From assembly GCA_973895155.1 (NCBI GenBank), contig OZ316899.1:5025241-5089240 (forward strand): a stretch of DNA of 64,000 nt, in the 5' to 3' direction. The DNA is from Marsupella aquatica. Taxonomy: Eukaryota > Plantae > Marchantiophyta. Positions within the stretch are counted from its first letter, which is position 1. Every line of letters starts with the position of its first letter. Below are positions 1-12,481 of the stretch, in pieces. A model generated the notes under the pieces. It was not told the origin of the DNA, did not search any database, and saw only the letters and a list, made by a program, of their open reading frames with translations. Made by a program: the position numbers and the translations under genes.

Positions 1-2436
1 TTGTCAATTGGAGTTACTAGGTCTGATTGGGCACCGGTATTGGCTTTGGAAGGCTTTGGAGTGGCATCTACTTTTGTTTTGTCGGTTGCAGCATCAGACT
101 TTCTCCCACCTAAAGGAAAAAGAGCAGAATTTTTTCAATGCTGAATAATAGCGCCAGGCGCTGTCCAAACCAATTGAAAAAACAAACCAATAGACATAGT
201 CATATAGTAGCGCCTGGCGCTAACCAAAATGTGAAGCTACAAGCTGAATGACAACTTACGTTTTTTGGCGGACCGCATTGAGGTACTCGGTGCCGCAGCT
301 TTGGTTTTTGCTTTGGCTTTGGGTTTGCAACTTTGATCAACATGAACAACCGTAGTTTTGCACACCGTTTGCAATTCTGCCGCCGACTTGCTCACATCAC
401 CTTCGATTCCCTGCTTCATGTCGGACACAAACTTGGGAGGGACCTGAGACTTTGAGAGCTTATGAAATGCGTCTTTCTCAGTGTCTCCGAATGGAGAGTC
501 CATCTATCGGTGTCCAAATACCAAGGACAATGAATTCTCTCCCATTCTGATAGTTTCCTTGGTGGAAGACACCTTTTAGCGGGATACATTGAATACACGT
601 CGGCCAGTATGTCTCCTTCGGGAACAACGATCCACTTTTGGAAAGTAGCAGGGTATGCCCAAAAGTAATCTGGCTTCACAATCTCCATATGCATGAAGAA
701 ATGGTACAGGTATTGTTGGCCCTCTTCTGATTCTTGAGGGTGTAGTTAGCCTTGTCGGGATACTTGGAAGGCCACATTGTATTAAAAAACTTGCCTTTCA
801 CAACGTCCCCAAATTTCTTGAAATCATTTGAGACTATTTCAATAAACGATTCAATCGACTCACACTCCCACTCTTGCAACTGATTGGTGGGGACTATATC
901 ACTGACCTGGCGTAGGGAGGTTTGCAGCAAACCAATAGTGATTCCTTCCATAGTGTTCCAAGTTTGCCAGGTATGGCACCATTGCTTCACTGGATCGTCA
1001 TTAACGCTCTGTGGATGGAAGAATTGTTTCCTCAGCTCCGGTGTACAATGGGCAACCAAAAGGGTACTCCTCAGCTTGGGATCGAGGGCAGAGACAGCGG
1101 TAAACAATCTTGCTTGATCCATTGTATAGACAACTGCATCCGGATTCTTCTCTCTCTTATTCTTCTATGTGAGGGGGTACATCTCAGCACATGTCCGCAT
1201 GAAATCCTCAAAAGCGGGGCTTAACAAAGGAGTGATTTTTGACACCTTTATAGCCCAATCCTTTGTTGCCTCCTTCATCGTCGCTGCATGTCTTTTTGAA
1301 ATCTCTCCGGGAGACCAAGGTGTACCCTGAGCGGTAGCATGTTCCAGATCCATCTTGAACTGTCAAGAATAAGACTTGATCTTATTCTCACACAAGATGT
1401 ACAAAAGCGCTTCTTGAGGCATTTTTTTTGTATACCACGATCCCTTCCGTGTTTTCTGCATGATCTGTCCAAACTTCTTGAAGTTTGCAGCATCAATGAT
1501 AGACTTGTAGTAATTGAGTTCATTCGACATAATTTGGTTGATACGGTCCGCGTCAAGTATCCAAGAGGGTTCGACCACTGCCTGCCCAAGCCTGAAAACA
1601 AGAGAGGGAGTCAGTAGCGCCCGACGCTAGTGAAACACTATGATCATAGATTAGAATAGAAATATGTTGGAAGAGACACTTACTGGTTAACAGTGTGCAT
1701 CGCCGCCTCAATCTTGATCAAGGACCCCTTTTCTCCCTTGAATATTGTGCACTGGACGCAAGGATGATATTTCACATCATCCGGATTCTCCTTCGTGACG
1801 ATGGACCATGCTTAGAGTCGATGGTTTCCATCAAACACAAAAAAACATCTTATCCTGCAAAACTGCAAAGTCAGGGTCTACAGCACATTCTGCCTCAAAC
1901 TTTTCATTCTCTGCGACCCAAATTGCATCCCAGGAAGCACGACTCTCTGGCGTGCAGATTTGGACTTCTCCATTAGAATCTGTTGGTTGAAAGTAAAACA
2001 GCATGCCAATCTTAGAATTGTATCCTGTGCTCTGAAAGGAGTCTTTCAGCTTCTCTATCAAAGGACTTCCCTTTTGTAATGTCCGCACTACTTCCATATG
2101 AAGTAGTCGGCACATTGGAATACTTGGCGGATCCTTGTCATGTCCTCAGAAATCTTTTCCAAACGACATAATGTGTTTGGAGATCACATCGTAAACAGTA
2201 AGCAACGTCTCTCCGAAGTCCTCCACAGCAAACGAATCAGAATCATCCATCTTCCCTCTCTTGCTCTTCGGGAATGATACAACGGGTTGTGCTTTAGGAG
2301 CTTGCAAAGCAGTGGATCGAGTCACTCGATGACTATACACAGATCCTAAAAATGAGCACTCAGATGTTTGCAAGGGAACGACCTCTCTGTGTCCGTTTCC
2401 ACTAAAGCATTGAGAGGAGGAGAAGGTAGGGTCCAT
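1..2436 (-). pseudogene. Accessory gene of the MULE-like element, encoding a protein with a ParB-N-like DGNHR motif; disrupted by stops and frameshifts
   Basis: Stitched ORFs 2146-2511, 1831-2115, 1363-1578, 1165-1353, 676-1122, 416-694 and 237-503. Reads IPMCRLLHMEVVR...SWDAIW...NEKFE...DPDF...KMFF(V)FDGNHRL*AW, with DGNHR at 1832-1818 after a frameshift in a poly-T run. GT-AG introns at 1683-1592 and 259-110; the last exon is open to the window edge. Confidence 0.65.
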
Positions 2437-5400
2437 TGCTCGCACAAGGGCAAAGGAAGTACTGACGATCGCCACGCTCTTTTCGTACCGCGAACGGCAA
2501 AAACCCGTCACACAGCTTCGATCGTACAGTACTTAACATGGGAAATAAGAAGAATCCAAAGCACAAATTATGACATATACGCTAAGGAAACTGAACTCCT
2601 GGCCTGGATCTGTGACACATGTCATTATCTTATTTGACAACACCAAAGAGGATCAATGTATCGAGGGTCACGCAACCTATAGTTACCGTTGAATATGACC
2701 GTTGAAAGGAAAACCTGGGAATATATTGAATTCATTTTTACTCACCAAATAGTAGCGTCGGGCGCTAGTAATTTCCAAGGCCTAAAGTCTTCAATTTTCA
2801 CGTCAGGTGGGAATTCAATATAGAGCCATAAGAGGCGTTAATATGCCATTATTTTCCCCAAAACCCGTTTTTCTCATATTTCTGACACAAAAAACTCTAG
2901 CGCCCGGTGCTAGCAAAAAACAAAGCTTTTCAGCCTTTTGAAGGCTCCTACTTCAAAGTTTACCATTGTATACGTTCATAATATGAATGAAATCAATATT
3001 AGCGCCTAGCGCTAATCATCTAGTGTCTCCTTTAGGAATTTGTTTTATGTCATTTGCTTTTATTAGCGCCTGGCGCTACACATAAATTCACGTTAGACAA
3101 ACCCTAAACTTTTGGATTGTTATTAATAGCGCCAGGCGCTACACATAAATTGACTATGCATGGGCCTCTACTTTTGGATTGTTTTTAATAGCGCCTGGCG
3201 CTATTCATCATTTGATATTTCTAGAACAAAAGGGTTCTTCCTAAATGATGTTTATTGTAAATGACGTTGATCGTAAATGACGTTGATATAAGGACAAAAT
3301 ACATTTATGGTGTAAGAGGATTGTCTTATTATAACGGCTTTAGGGAAATGTTAGTCAGGATCGATAACAGTCCTCACCCGTGGAATTTTGATTCATAATT
3401 TTCCTGCGCTCATTTGCTTCCAAGGCTTCTGTGATGTCTCAGTCAATTGTAGTTACCCGTATGTCCACTGGTGACATTGTTTCCATTCCAGTGTATGTGG
3501 CCGAAAGGTACAAGCAAATAAGTGAGGTTTATCTTTGTGGAAGGTTTGATTTGCGCATGAATGACATAGAGGCAATCATTCAGGAGGGAACGGAAGCCAA
3601 TGACTTTGAATCTATGGCACTTTTTGATGTCGATGATGGGGTGAGATTCTGGCACCTTAATACTAGGTTGCGCTACTCCATTGTCGTTCGGGAACCAAAT
3701 CAAGGAGATCAGCAATCCCCTCAGAGTGATCCGATGGATGTAGTTACTCTTTCCGATGGTGATGATGAGGAGCCACCAAGGATCCCCCTTGTGGAGCCTT
3801 TGGCGCCTGACGTGGTCTTGGTCAAAGAGGAGATGCCATCGTCGCAATCCCATATTGTATACCGGAGAAGTGCAATGGACGCGTTGCTCAAGTCAATTGG
3901 GTCCTGCAAACTTTCAAGGTTCATTGCGGCTGGAAACTTCTGGCATGAACAAGTACCTTGTTTGCCTCCAAAGTACAATGGAAACATAGTGTTTGAGTTG
4001 CCTCCATCATCGGGAATTCTTTCAAAATGATCCCGTCTATGGGGCATGGACCGAACCAAGGATTGCTACATCTGGACTAGAATATTTCCTACCACTGCAA
4101 ACGTGCAGCCCAAGAAATACTCAAAAATTCGGTAAAGTAACTTGTATTGGATTTATTGAGTGCAAGAATAAAACTTGTGACTACTTCCGCCAAAAGAAGA
4201 GGAGGAATGCAAAGGCATGGGCTGGTACCCCTAAACTTGGAGGCTCTCACCTTGTTGGATCGTTCATTGAGCAGGGTGGAGTTGTTTGCCATTATTGCCA
4301 GCAACTCCCTTTTTGTGTAGAGGCATGCACTGCAAGACTATTTTATATGTATCCTCAAGTTCTGCTTGACTCAGATATCTGTAGTCACATGTCTCGCCTT
4401 GCGATTCATATGGGCACCCACAACCATCCTTGTCGTAAGGTATTTTCTCGGAGTGCGGAAAAGGTAGTTGAAGATGTCATAAAAAAGAAATTGGAAGGCA
4501 ATCCAACTTGGACGCCTATCGGGATTAAAAATGTAGCGACAAGATCTTTTGTACAGTCTTTGTGTGAGAGCCTGGGTGAGATTGAAAATATTGAAGAGAC
4601 AAAGATTTTCCAGTTTCTAATGGTAGTTTCTACTCCACAAAAGTTTGCATCTCTTTTCAGGAGTGTTAGGTAGGACCAGAAAAGCCGTGGAGAGTTGGAT
4701 TTTCTTGTTCGATATCAAAAGAATATCAACATGCCTTTTCTACAGAGGTACATCCTTCCAGGTCAAGGATCTCAAGAAGACAGGCCTCACATATTTAAGA
4801 TGACTTCCAAAGGCCATGGGTCTGGGGTGGATCTTTTGCGGAAAATGCAACCTGGAGGGATGCTTGAAGGTGCCTGGGTAAGCTTCAATGTCATGAAACA
4901 AATGACCAAGGATTGGGTGACTTTCAGCGCACACTTTTACGATCACAATTACCGCGCATTGTGTACAATATTTACTTGCGGGCTAAAAGCTGAGGACACG
5001 GCGTCGTTCGAGAAGGCTTGGAGATTAATGATTGAGGTTTCCAAAGAGAATGGGTTAGATAATCCAACCATTCATGGCTTCATGGCAGACAATGCCCAAG
5101 ACTGATGGTTAGCAGTCCAGAATGTTTTTTTTGGAGGGCACCCAAACCCTGAACGGGGGAGGATGGACGCTTTTCATTTTTACCAAGCTTTTCATCGCCA
5201 TTCTGTTGAAGGAGTGTTGGAAGAGAAGCAGGCGGAACATTGAATGCTATGGGATAAATTACGGAACGCACCAACATTTGTAGAAGCTTACCGACTTTCA
5301 AGAGAGATTGACCTATGGTGGCAGGTGGGTAACTGCTTACCTAAAAAGCTCCAAATGCTTCAGAGTTGGATATCGTGGTGGGTTGTGCGTTGGAGGCAGT

Positions 5401-7436
5401 GGGGAAATTTTATTCGCTTGGTGAGTAATAGCGCCTGGCGCTAGTAATATGCAAGTCAGATTCCTTTGTAGAAGTACATTTTTCAAATGACATTCCTCAA
5501 CATTCCATCCAAAGAATCCAAATAATGTAATTAATTCTTAAATATTGACCTGTTTATTTTCTTAAACATGTGATTACACAATAATATTGATGGTTTTGTC
5601 GAAATGTTTTGCCTAGCGCCCGGTGCTAGTATGTTTTGCGGATTCTTACTAGTGTTTTATGCTTTGTCGTTCCAGGACAAAAGTGCTGAAGAAGGCGCTA
5701 GGATTCCTAACTGTACCGGATCAGAGTTTGTTCACGCAGGAATGAAAGCATGGGTAATGAAAAAAAAGTTGGGCTCTTTGAGGCATGTGAAATGGATCAG
5801 AATCGAGCTATATCTCAGGTTGCAGCATATACCGCATATTGGAAAGGATTGAGTAGAGGAAGAGGTCCTACAATATGGGAACTGGCTTTCCGTTCAGCTG
5901 ACCAGGCAGGTTCCCCAAAGCTGTTTGAGGATGCGATGAACATGCTCCTCTCCAATGCAGCTGAGTTTGACTTGGAGAGAAGCGTTCCTCTCAACGGAGA
6001 TGTTGTAACAAAGTTTGTCAAGAGGAAAGGACCTGCAACTGGGATTGTCTCGCCACAAGACTCCCACCGGCATGATAAAGTCCTTATCACATCGCCAAAT
6101 ACCAGATCACTCAAGCGTAAAAATCTGCACCACACAATGTTTGCTTCCGTATTGGAAGAAAAACTTGATGACATTTCCGTTGTCAATCTCTCAGGAAGTG
6201 ATGATTCGAGGGATGCAAAACGTGATGATTTCAGTACACCACAGGGTTGACATCAATCACGTTCAACACAATACCCACAAAGCGCTCCCATTGTACTTCA
6301 GCAGACATCACTCCAATCTCCAGTTCTTGAAATAGAAGTCATGCAGGGTTCATGGCATCTGCATCGGACATCAAGATTTGGGGCCGGTCCATAGTGCAAC
6401 GCGTCATTTGGCGGTAATTCTGAGAAGATGAGTGTCGAAATAGAGTGAAGAAAGTTGGGTTCCCCTCATCAAACGGTGTCATCGGCATTGTTGTCAAAGG
6501 ACAATGCATGTTCAGGGGGGAACCCATAGCCAAAATGATATGGTTCTGCCCAAACAACACATGTTATCGGAGCCGTCCCCGTTGTGGTGTAGTGAACCTG
6601 CCCTCCTTTCCTGATGTTCTTCCTGTTATAAAAGGAACAAATGTTTTGGAAGCTGAGATGAAGTATCTTGTTGACCAGGGAATACCTATAGCCCAAGGAA
6701 GAGACGGTCCTCTACCTCCACCATCACTTTTTGAGCTTTGAATCAACGTAAACTTATTTCTAGAGAGAGTCAATCTTCTGGAACCCACTGTTCGTCTCCG
6801 GAGTCGGAATGGAAAGAACACGGTTCCTTGATCGACCTTGACCCATGGTCACATGAAGAGGATTGAATCTGCAAGTAAAGAGACCATGTCCGTCCAGGGA
6901 TAGTGGGATGTTTCTATTGGGAACTCATGGGGGAAGCAATTCAAAGTACAAATGAATGAGAATCTAAGGACGCCGAATAGTTACTTTGTGCAGATTTGTA
7001 TTTTCCCAACTTGTTCTTGTGAGGATTTCTATTGTCGACATTCTAGCAGACAGCCATATATGCCTTGCAAACATTTGTACTGGGTTTTCCAGACCGTTTT
7101 CAAACTAGACATTGAGGAATCTACTTTGACCAGCCAACCAATTCTCACAGTTGAAGAAGTCCGAATGATCTTGGAGAGGGAAAATGCTCATGGTTTATAG
7201 AGAAGGATATATTTGTCCTATCTCAAAACGGTTATATTAGTTTTTGTCGTATTACAACGGTATAGTTTTATGTTAGCCTGGCGCTGGGATGGAAGTCTTC
7301 CTTATTATCATTTACTTCATTATAATCCTATCACTGGAAATGATATTTTAAATTTTTGTTTCCCACATTTTGCATTCATCCAATGTCATTTTCTAAATGT
7401 GTTGGTTGTTTCCATTTTAGCTAGCGCCAGGCGCTA
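149..7436. repeat. Dispersed 15-bp palindrome TAGCGCC(A/T)GGCGCTA and variants, 12 copies
   Basis: Copies start at 149, 208, 1615, 2753, 2898, 3000, 3064, 3127, 3189, 5429, 5614 and 7422, with a partial copy near 7274. The copies at 3000-3203 are spaced 62-64 bp, in degenerate tandem units. Confidence 0.95.
3434..7200 (+). pseudogene. MULE-type DDE transposase with an N-terminal WRKY/GCM-like Zn module and a C-terminal SWIM finger; frameshifted, with stops
   Basis: CIGFIECKNKTC...CHYC...C...HMGTHNHP; catalytic-type motifs WVSF(N for D)VM, FMADNA, DAFHF and NCTGSEFVH; SWIM CSCEDF...PCKHLYWV. GT-AG intron at 5421-5675. Confidence 0.75.
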
Positions 7437-8073
7437 GCCCATCGTTGGTGGTCTTTCAAATTGTCCGAAGTTTTCATTTGTGGTTTTTTGCCTTACTGTC
7501 GGCCTATAATATTATGTTACTTATGGTGGGACTTACCATGTCAATGTTTTTTCCGATGGCATTCATTGGTAAATGTTTGTGTGTCTGTGGTTTTTGGGAC
7601 ACTATTTTCCAGAAATATGTTGGTGATTCCGGACTCACTTATCATCAGACAACAATTATTGTCGTGTTAGTTGGTTCTAAGCTCTAGAATGTAAATGAAG
7701 CGCAATGCATATTGCTTTTTTTCAAATGTATCTGGCTTGAAGTAATGAAGTATTATCCTGTTCCAATGACTAACTTTTCCTGGTAACATGAACATATTCT
7801 TGATAACAGCAAAAAAAATTCTGCTACCAGAATTCCTGTTTTCCTGTTTCCTGTCTCGGTGGCTATATCCGCCATAATGGAGGTTCTTACTTTGCCAAAG
7901 GACATTTGTCATCGATTGGACTATTGGAGATGACAGTGCTTTTGCCACTGGGGAGTATGCAGGGAGATTTGTTATAGGGGTAGAAGATAGACTGAGACAT
8001 TCTTCATTAGTATGCTCAAAAAGTCTGGCCAATGTGTTTGAGAGACATGCCCAGAAGTTGAAAGGGGCCACAA

Positions 8074-8383
8074 TGTTAGGAATTGACTCGAGTTCCCAAC
8101 TTTAGTTAGTTTGGCCTTACTAGGGTTAATTGACCCTTGATTAGGTTAGGATAAGATCCATTTATTTAGGCCCACACATTTTAGTCCCTCTTGGGGGTAT
8201 AGGTTGGAGGAAAAGCATTCTCTCCCTCATTCTTCACATGTTCAATGTCATGAGCTATGGATTCTTCAGGAGTTTCTCCATGATCGTGGTGTCTTATTGG
8301 TGTAGTGTGAGATTGAGCGCTCTCATGTTCCGCATTGCTGTCTAGTCTGGATCCGACAGTTTTCTTACAAGTGATATCAGAAC
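8074..8383 (+). repeat. Copia 5' LTR (TG...CA, 8074-8369) and degenerate tRNA-iMet PBS (8372-8383)
   Basis: TGTTAGG...CTTACA followed by AG-TGATATCAGAAC, against the canonical TGGTATCAGAGC. Confidence 0.7.
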
Positions 8384-11230
8384 ATATCTAAATCTAAGTC
8401 CCGTAGTAAGAAGGTTCAATGTTGGCATTGCCATGAGAAGGGCCACACCAAGTGGTCTTGCTCTTCTTTGACCAGACATAAGCGTCTTGCTTCTGATGGT
8501 GCATCTTCATCTTCAACCGGCATAGTGATTGTTGATCATGAGGATGGTGTTGAAGTGCTATGTATTGGTGCTATTAACTTTGTGTATGACAATAAATGGA
8601 TGTTGGATTTGGTTTCCTCTTATCACGTGTGTTCAACGCAATCTTATTTCTTTACTTACCAAACGTGTACTGGTAGCGTGGAAATTGACAACGGGGTCCG
8701 ATGAGATCTTTGGCATGGGGACTATCAAATTTGGATGTTTGATGGTGTTGTGCGAGCCTTGAAAAAAGTCAGGCATATACTAGACATTTCTAAGAACTTG
8801 ATTTCTCTTGGTGTTTTGAAGGTTAAATGATGGATCTCATTTCATTGCGTGTGATGGTGCGCTCTTTGTCGTCAAAGATGATGTATCTTTGATTAAGGCA
8901 CTACGGCAGAATAATTTGTACGTCTTGCAAGGAGATGTTATTGCTCCTATAGTGGAGTTGGATGCGGTGAAGGCTACTATTCTTGCAGATTAGAACAAGC
9001 GACATCTATCTGCCCATGATGATGAGTCTGTTGCCTTAATGGTTAGAGGTAGATCAACCCAGCATAATGCGGATCAATCTAGATTTAGATCTCAGAACAG
9101 ATCTAAATCTAAGTCCCGTAATAAGAAGGTTCAGAGTTGGCATTGCCATGAGAAGGACCACGCCAAGTGGTCTTGCCTTTTTTTGACCAAGTAGAAGCGT
9201 CTTGCTTCTGATGGTGCATCTTCATCTTCAGTTGGCATAGTGATTGTTGATCATGAGGATGGTGCTGAAGTGCTATATATTGGTGCTGGTAATTTTGCGC
9301 ATGACAATAAATGGATGTTGGATTTGGGTTCCTCTTATCACATGTGTTCAATGCGATCTTATTTCTCTACTTACCATTTGTAAATTGGTAGTATGGAAAT
9401 CGGCAACGGAGTCCGATGTGAGATCGTTGGCATGGGGACTATCAAATTTTGGATGTTTGATGGTGTTGTGCAAGCCTTGGCAGAAGTCAGGCACATACCA
9501 GACATCTCTAAGAACTTGATTTCTCTTAGTGCTTTGGAAGTTGGTGGATCGCATTTACTGTACATGATGGTGCACTCTTTGTTGTCAAAGATGATATATC
9601 TTTGATTAATGCGGTACGGCAGAATAATTTGTACATCTTGCAAGGAGATTTGATTGCTCCTAGAGTGGAGCATGTGAATTTTGTGCTAGAACGTTTGGAT
9701 GCTGTGACATCATCAATTGGTTCAATTGAAGCACCATCAACATCTGGTCGCACATAGACCATAGATTTATGGCATGCATGTTTAAGGCACTTGAGTGGTA
9801 AAGGATTGGCCACCTTGGCAAATAAAAATTTGTTGCAAGGAGCCCAATCTGGTAAACTTTCTTTTGTGAAGATTGTATCTTTGGCAAGCAGAAGAGAGTA
9901 AGTTTTAGTTCTAGTTCCTACCATTCTCGTGAGATTCTTGAGTATGTACATTCAAATGTTTGGGGTCCAGCGTCGGAGCCGTTGTTAGGTGGAGTCAAAT
10001 ATTTTGTGACGTTTGTAGATGATTACTCTCAAATGTGTTGGCTGTACTACATGAAGGAGAAGTCTCAAGTATTTGAGATCTTCAAGGAGTGGAAAGCTAT
10101 GGTGAAGTATAACCTAGGAAGGAGTTGAAGTGTGTTCCGGGTAGATAACGGTGGCAAGTATAAGTCCAATGAGTTTGACCAATTTGGTCGGAACCTTGGC
10201 CTCAAACGTCATTACATTGTACCGGAGACCTCATAGCATAATGGAGTGGCCAAACGGTTGAATCGTACATTACTGAAGAAAGCACACAGTATGCTACGTA
10301 GGTCCAAGTTGCCCAATAATTTTTGGACTGAAGCTGTCAACCAAGCTGCATACGTTTATAACCTGTCATTGCACAGTAGTAAATTGATGCAGACTCCATT
10401 TGAGTTGTGGTATAAAAGATTTGCTAATTACCTAGACTTTGAGGTGTGTTGCATATGTACAAACACACAGGTTTAAGTTGGATCGCAAGTCTAAAAAATG
10501 TATTTTTCTAGGCTCTAGTCTAAGGCAAAAGAATTACAAATTGTGAGATCTTATAGATTGTAAGACAATTATGAACAAAAATATTGTTTTTGACGAAAAA
10601 TGATTGTCAAAACTTTAGAATAATAAGGCTCCATTTGAATTGTGGTATAAAAGACCTGTTAATTATCTAGACTTTGAGGTGTGTTGCCTATGTACAAACA
10701 CATAGGTTTAAGTTGGATTGTAAGTCTAAAAAATGTATTTTTCTAGGCTCTAGTCTAAGGCAAAAGACTTACAAATTGTGAGATTTTATCCATTGCAAAA
10801 CAATTGTGAACAAAAATATTATTTTTGACGAAGAATGTTTGTCAAAACCTTAGAATAATAAGGAGGAGCAGGTGGAGGAATACTCTCGGTGGAGTTTGAT
10901 GGTGTTGAAAAAACTATTGGTCTCTCTAGTAGAGGTGCAATTCCTCAATTGAAACACTTTACAAGGACCAATCTTGGTTTATTCTCTCATAAATTTGGTT
11001 TTGTAATATTTTATGTTCACTTGATTGAGCATGACGATGATCCAATATTATGATCCAATATTATATTGTTCATTGAAGATGAAGACTCCTCTAATTATGA
11101 AAAAACTATGATCTCTCTAGAGAAAAATAAATGGATGAAGGCAATGTTGAAAAAGATAAGTGGATGAAGTCAATATTGAAAAAGATAAATGAATGAAGAC
11201 AATGTTGAAAAAGATAAACTTGGCTTTTAG
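8074..11230 (+). mobile_element. Ty1/Copia retrotransposon relic: 5' LTR, PBS, most of gag deleted, protease duplicated, integrase present, truncated before or at RT
   Basis: Protease WMLDLVSSYHVC present twice (about 8390-8960 and 9105-9670). GAG-pre-integrase LWHACLRH; integrase YVHSNVWGP, FVTFVDDYS, DNGG and NGVAKRLNRTL. A second internal duplication lies at about 10395-10860. Confidence 0.9.
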
Positions 11231-12481
11231 TGAACATGTCTCATAGAAAGACATTTATTTTGTGTAACTTCTGATCTTGGGTTAGATCTTATGTATCTAA
11301 TTATTGTTTTTATACATGAATTGCTTCATTTTAATATTTACATGACCCCTGAAAAGGGATTCACATTTCCTTTACTATGCTGAAAAATCTGCAAAGCGCC
11401 CGTCATTTTGACTTGAGAGGAGAAAAGTCTGCGGTCAGTGAGGGGTGCTCCGAAAGCCCTTTACTGCCCGAAGCTGATAGATAATGAGGGTAACTCCTGT
11501 TTGCAACATAGAATACCTCTCTTTTGATGTAGACTCCAAATGCCTTGGGCGCTTTATTGTTTCTATTTGTCAGGTTCGATGAAGTACTTATGTCATCCAA
11601 AAGGCATGCTCATATCACATCTGCCTTCAATTCTCAGTATCTCTCGAATCTAGTAGGCAGAATAAACGAGTATTATCAATGTTAGTGAAACCATTCACCA
11701 CAAGCCATTCCACAGACCATGCAAAGTACATGGTTAAGGGGTGGGGGACAGTGGGCGCCCACCATGACTGAGTATTACCAGCTGGTATGTGCCGTTAAGG
11801 TAGCAGCTTTTACGGAGTGAGGGATTCCACATAGTCTAGTAGGAATTTTCCTTCACCCCAGCTTCAGTCCAGGCCCCCTCACCCTGTACTGTAGGAGCGC
11901 GCAGCTTGCTCATTTGCTCTATGTACACCTTAAGACGTAGACTGTCTAACTTGTAGAATAATTCCAGTTCAGCTAGCTTTAATTAAAGAGCGAGTGTAGG
12001 ATTGCGATAAAGGATACTGTAACCCATCGAGGTTTCCAAACGCCAAGAAATCCCAACCCCCACCCCCCCCCCCGCTCCTAGAAGTTTCCGCGGAAGAGCA
12101 ATTGTTGATGAAAAAAGTGCAACTTAGTTTTAGATGAAACAACCTTAGACGCACATACATTCACTCAGTAATGATCAGGTAGAAAGAACCAGGGAGGTAT
12201 AAACGTATAAACAGCATGAGATACTGACCTAACAAAAGGTCAAAACGTCCTTACATTACGAAAAGTTTCGAGGGAAAAAATATGGAACTCAAAGGCCACA
12301 ATTTTCTTAAAATGCCTCTCCTCTACGGTAATGTCATGGTCATCGCTGAAGTCATGATCATAAGGGCCATCCAAGTTTCTACTCTAAGGGGGAACCACTG
12401 GCCACCACTCCAAAACCCTGACAGGCTCCCATGGCCCTTCCTGAAACATTATATGAGGTCTAAAATTTAAAGGCGGCATTT

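Larger units (their letters stand above)
1..7870. mobile_element. Mutator-like (MULE) DNA transposon copy 1, with two head-to-head genes; left end lies outside the window
   Basis: Transposase pseudogene on + and partner gene on -. The right terminus ...CCTGTTTTCCTGTTTCCTGTCTCGGTGGCTATATCC (about 7835-7870) is the reverse complement of the left end of the TSD-flanked MITE at 37671. Confidence 0.75.

Noticed and set aside
2995-3210. CRISPR-like look of regularly spaced palindromes
   Set aside because: The repeat is only 15 bp, the spacers resemble each other, no cas genes are present, and the context is an intron-containing eukaryotic TE.
7871-8073. Short open frame between the MULE end and the Copia LTR
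   Set aside because: No recognisable domain and no supporting splice structure.
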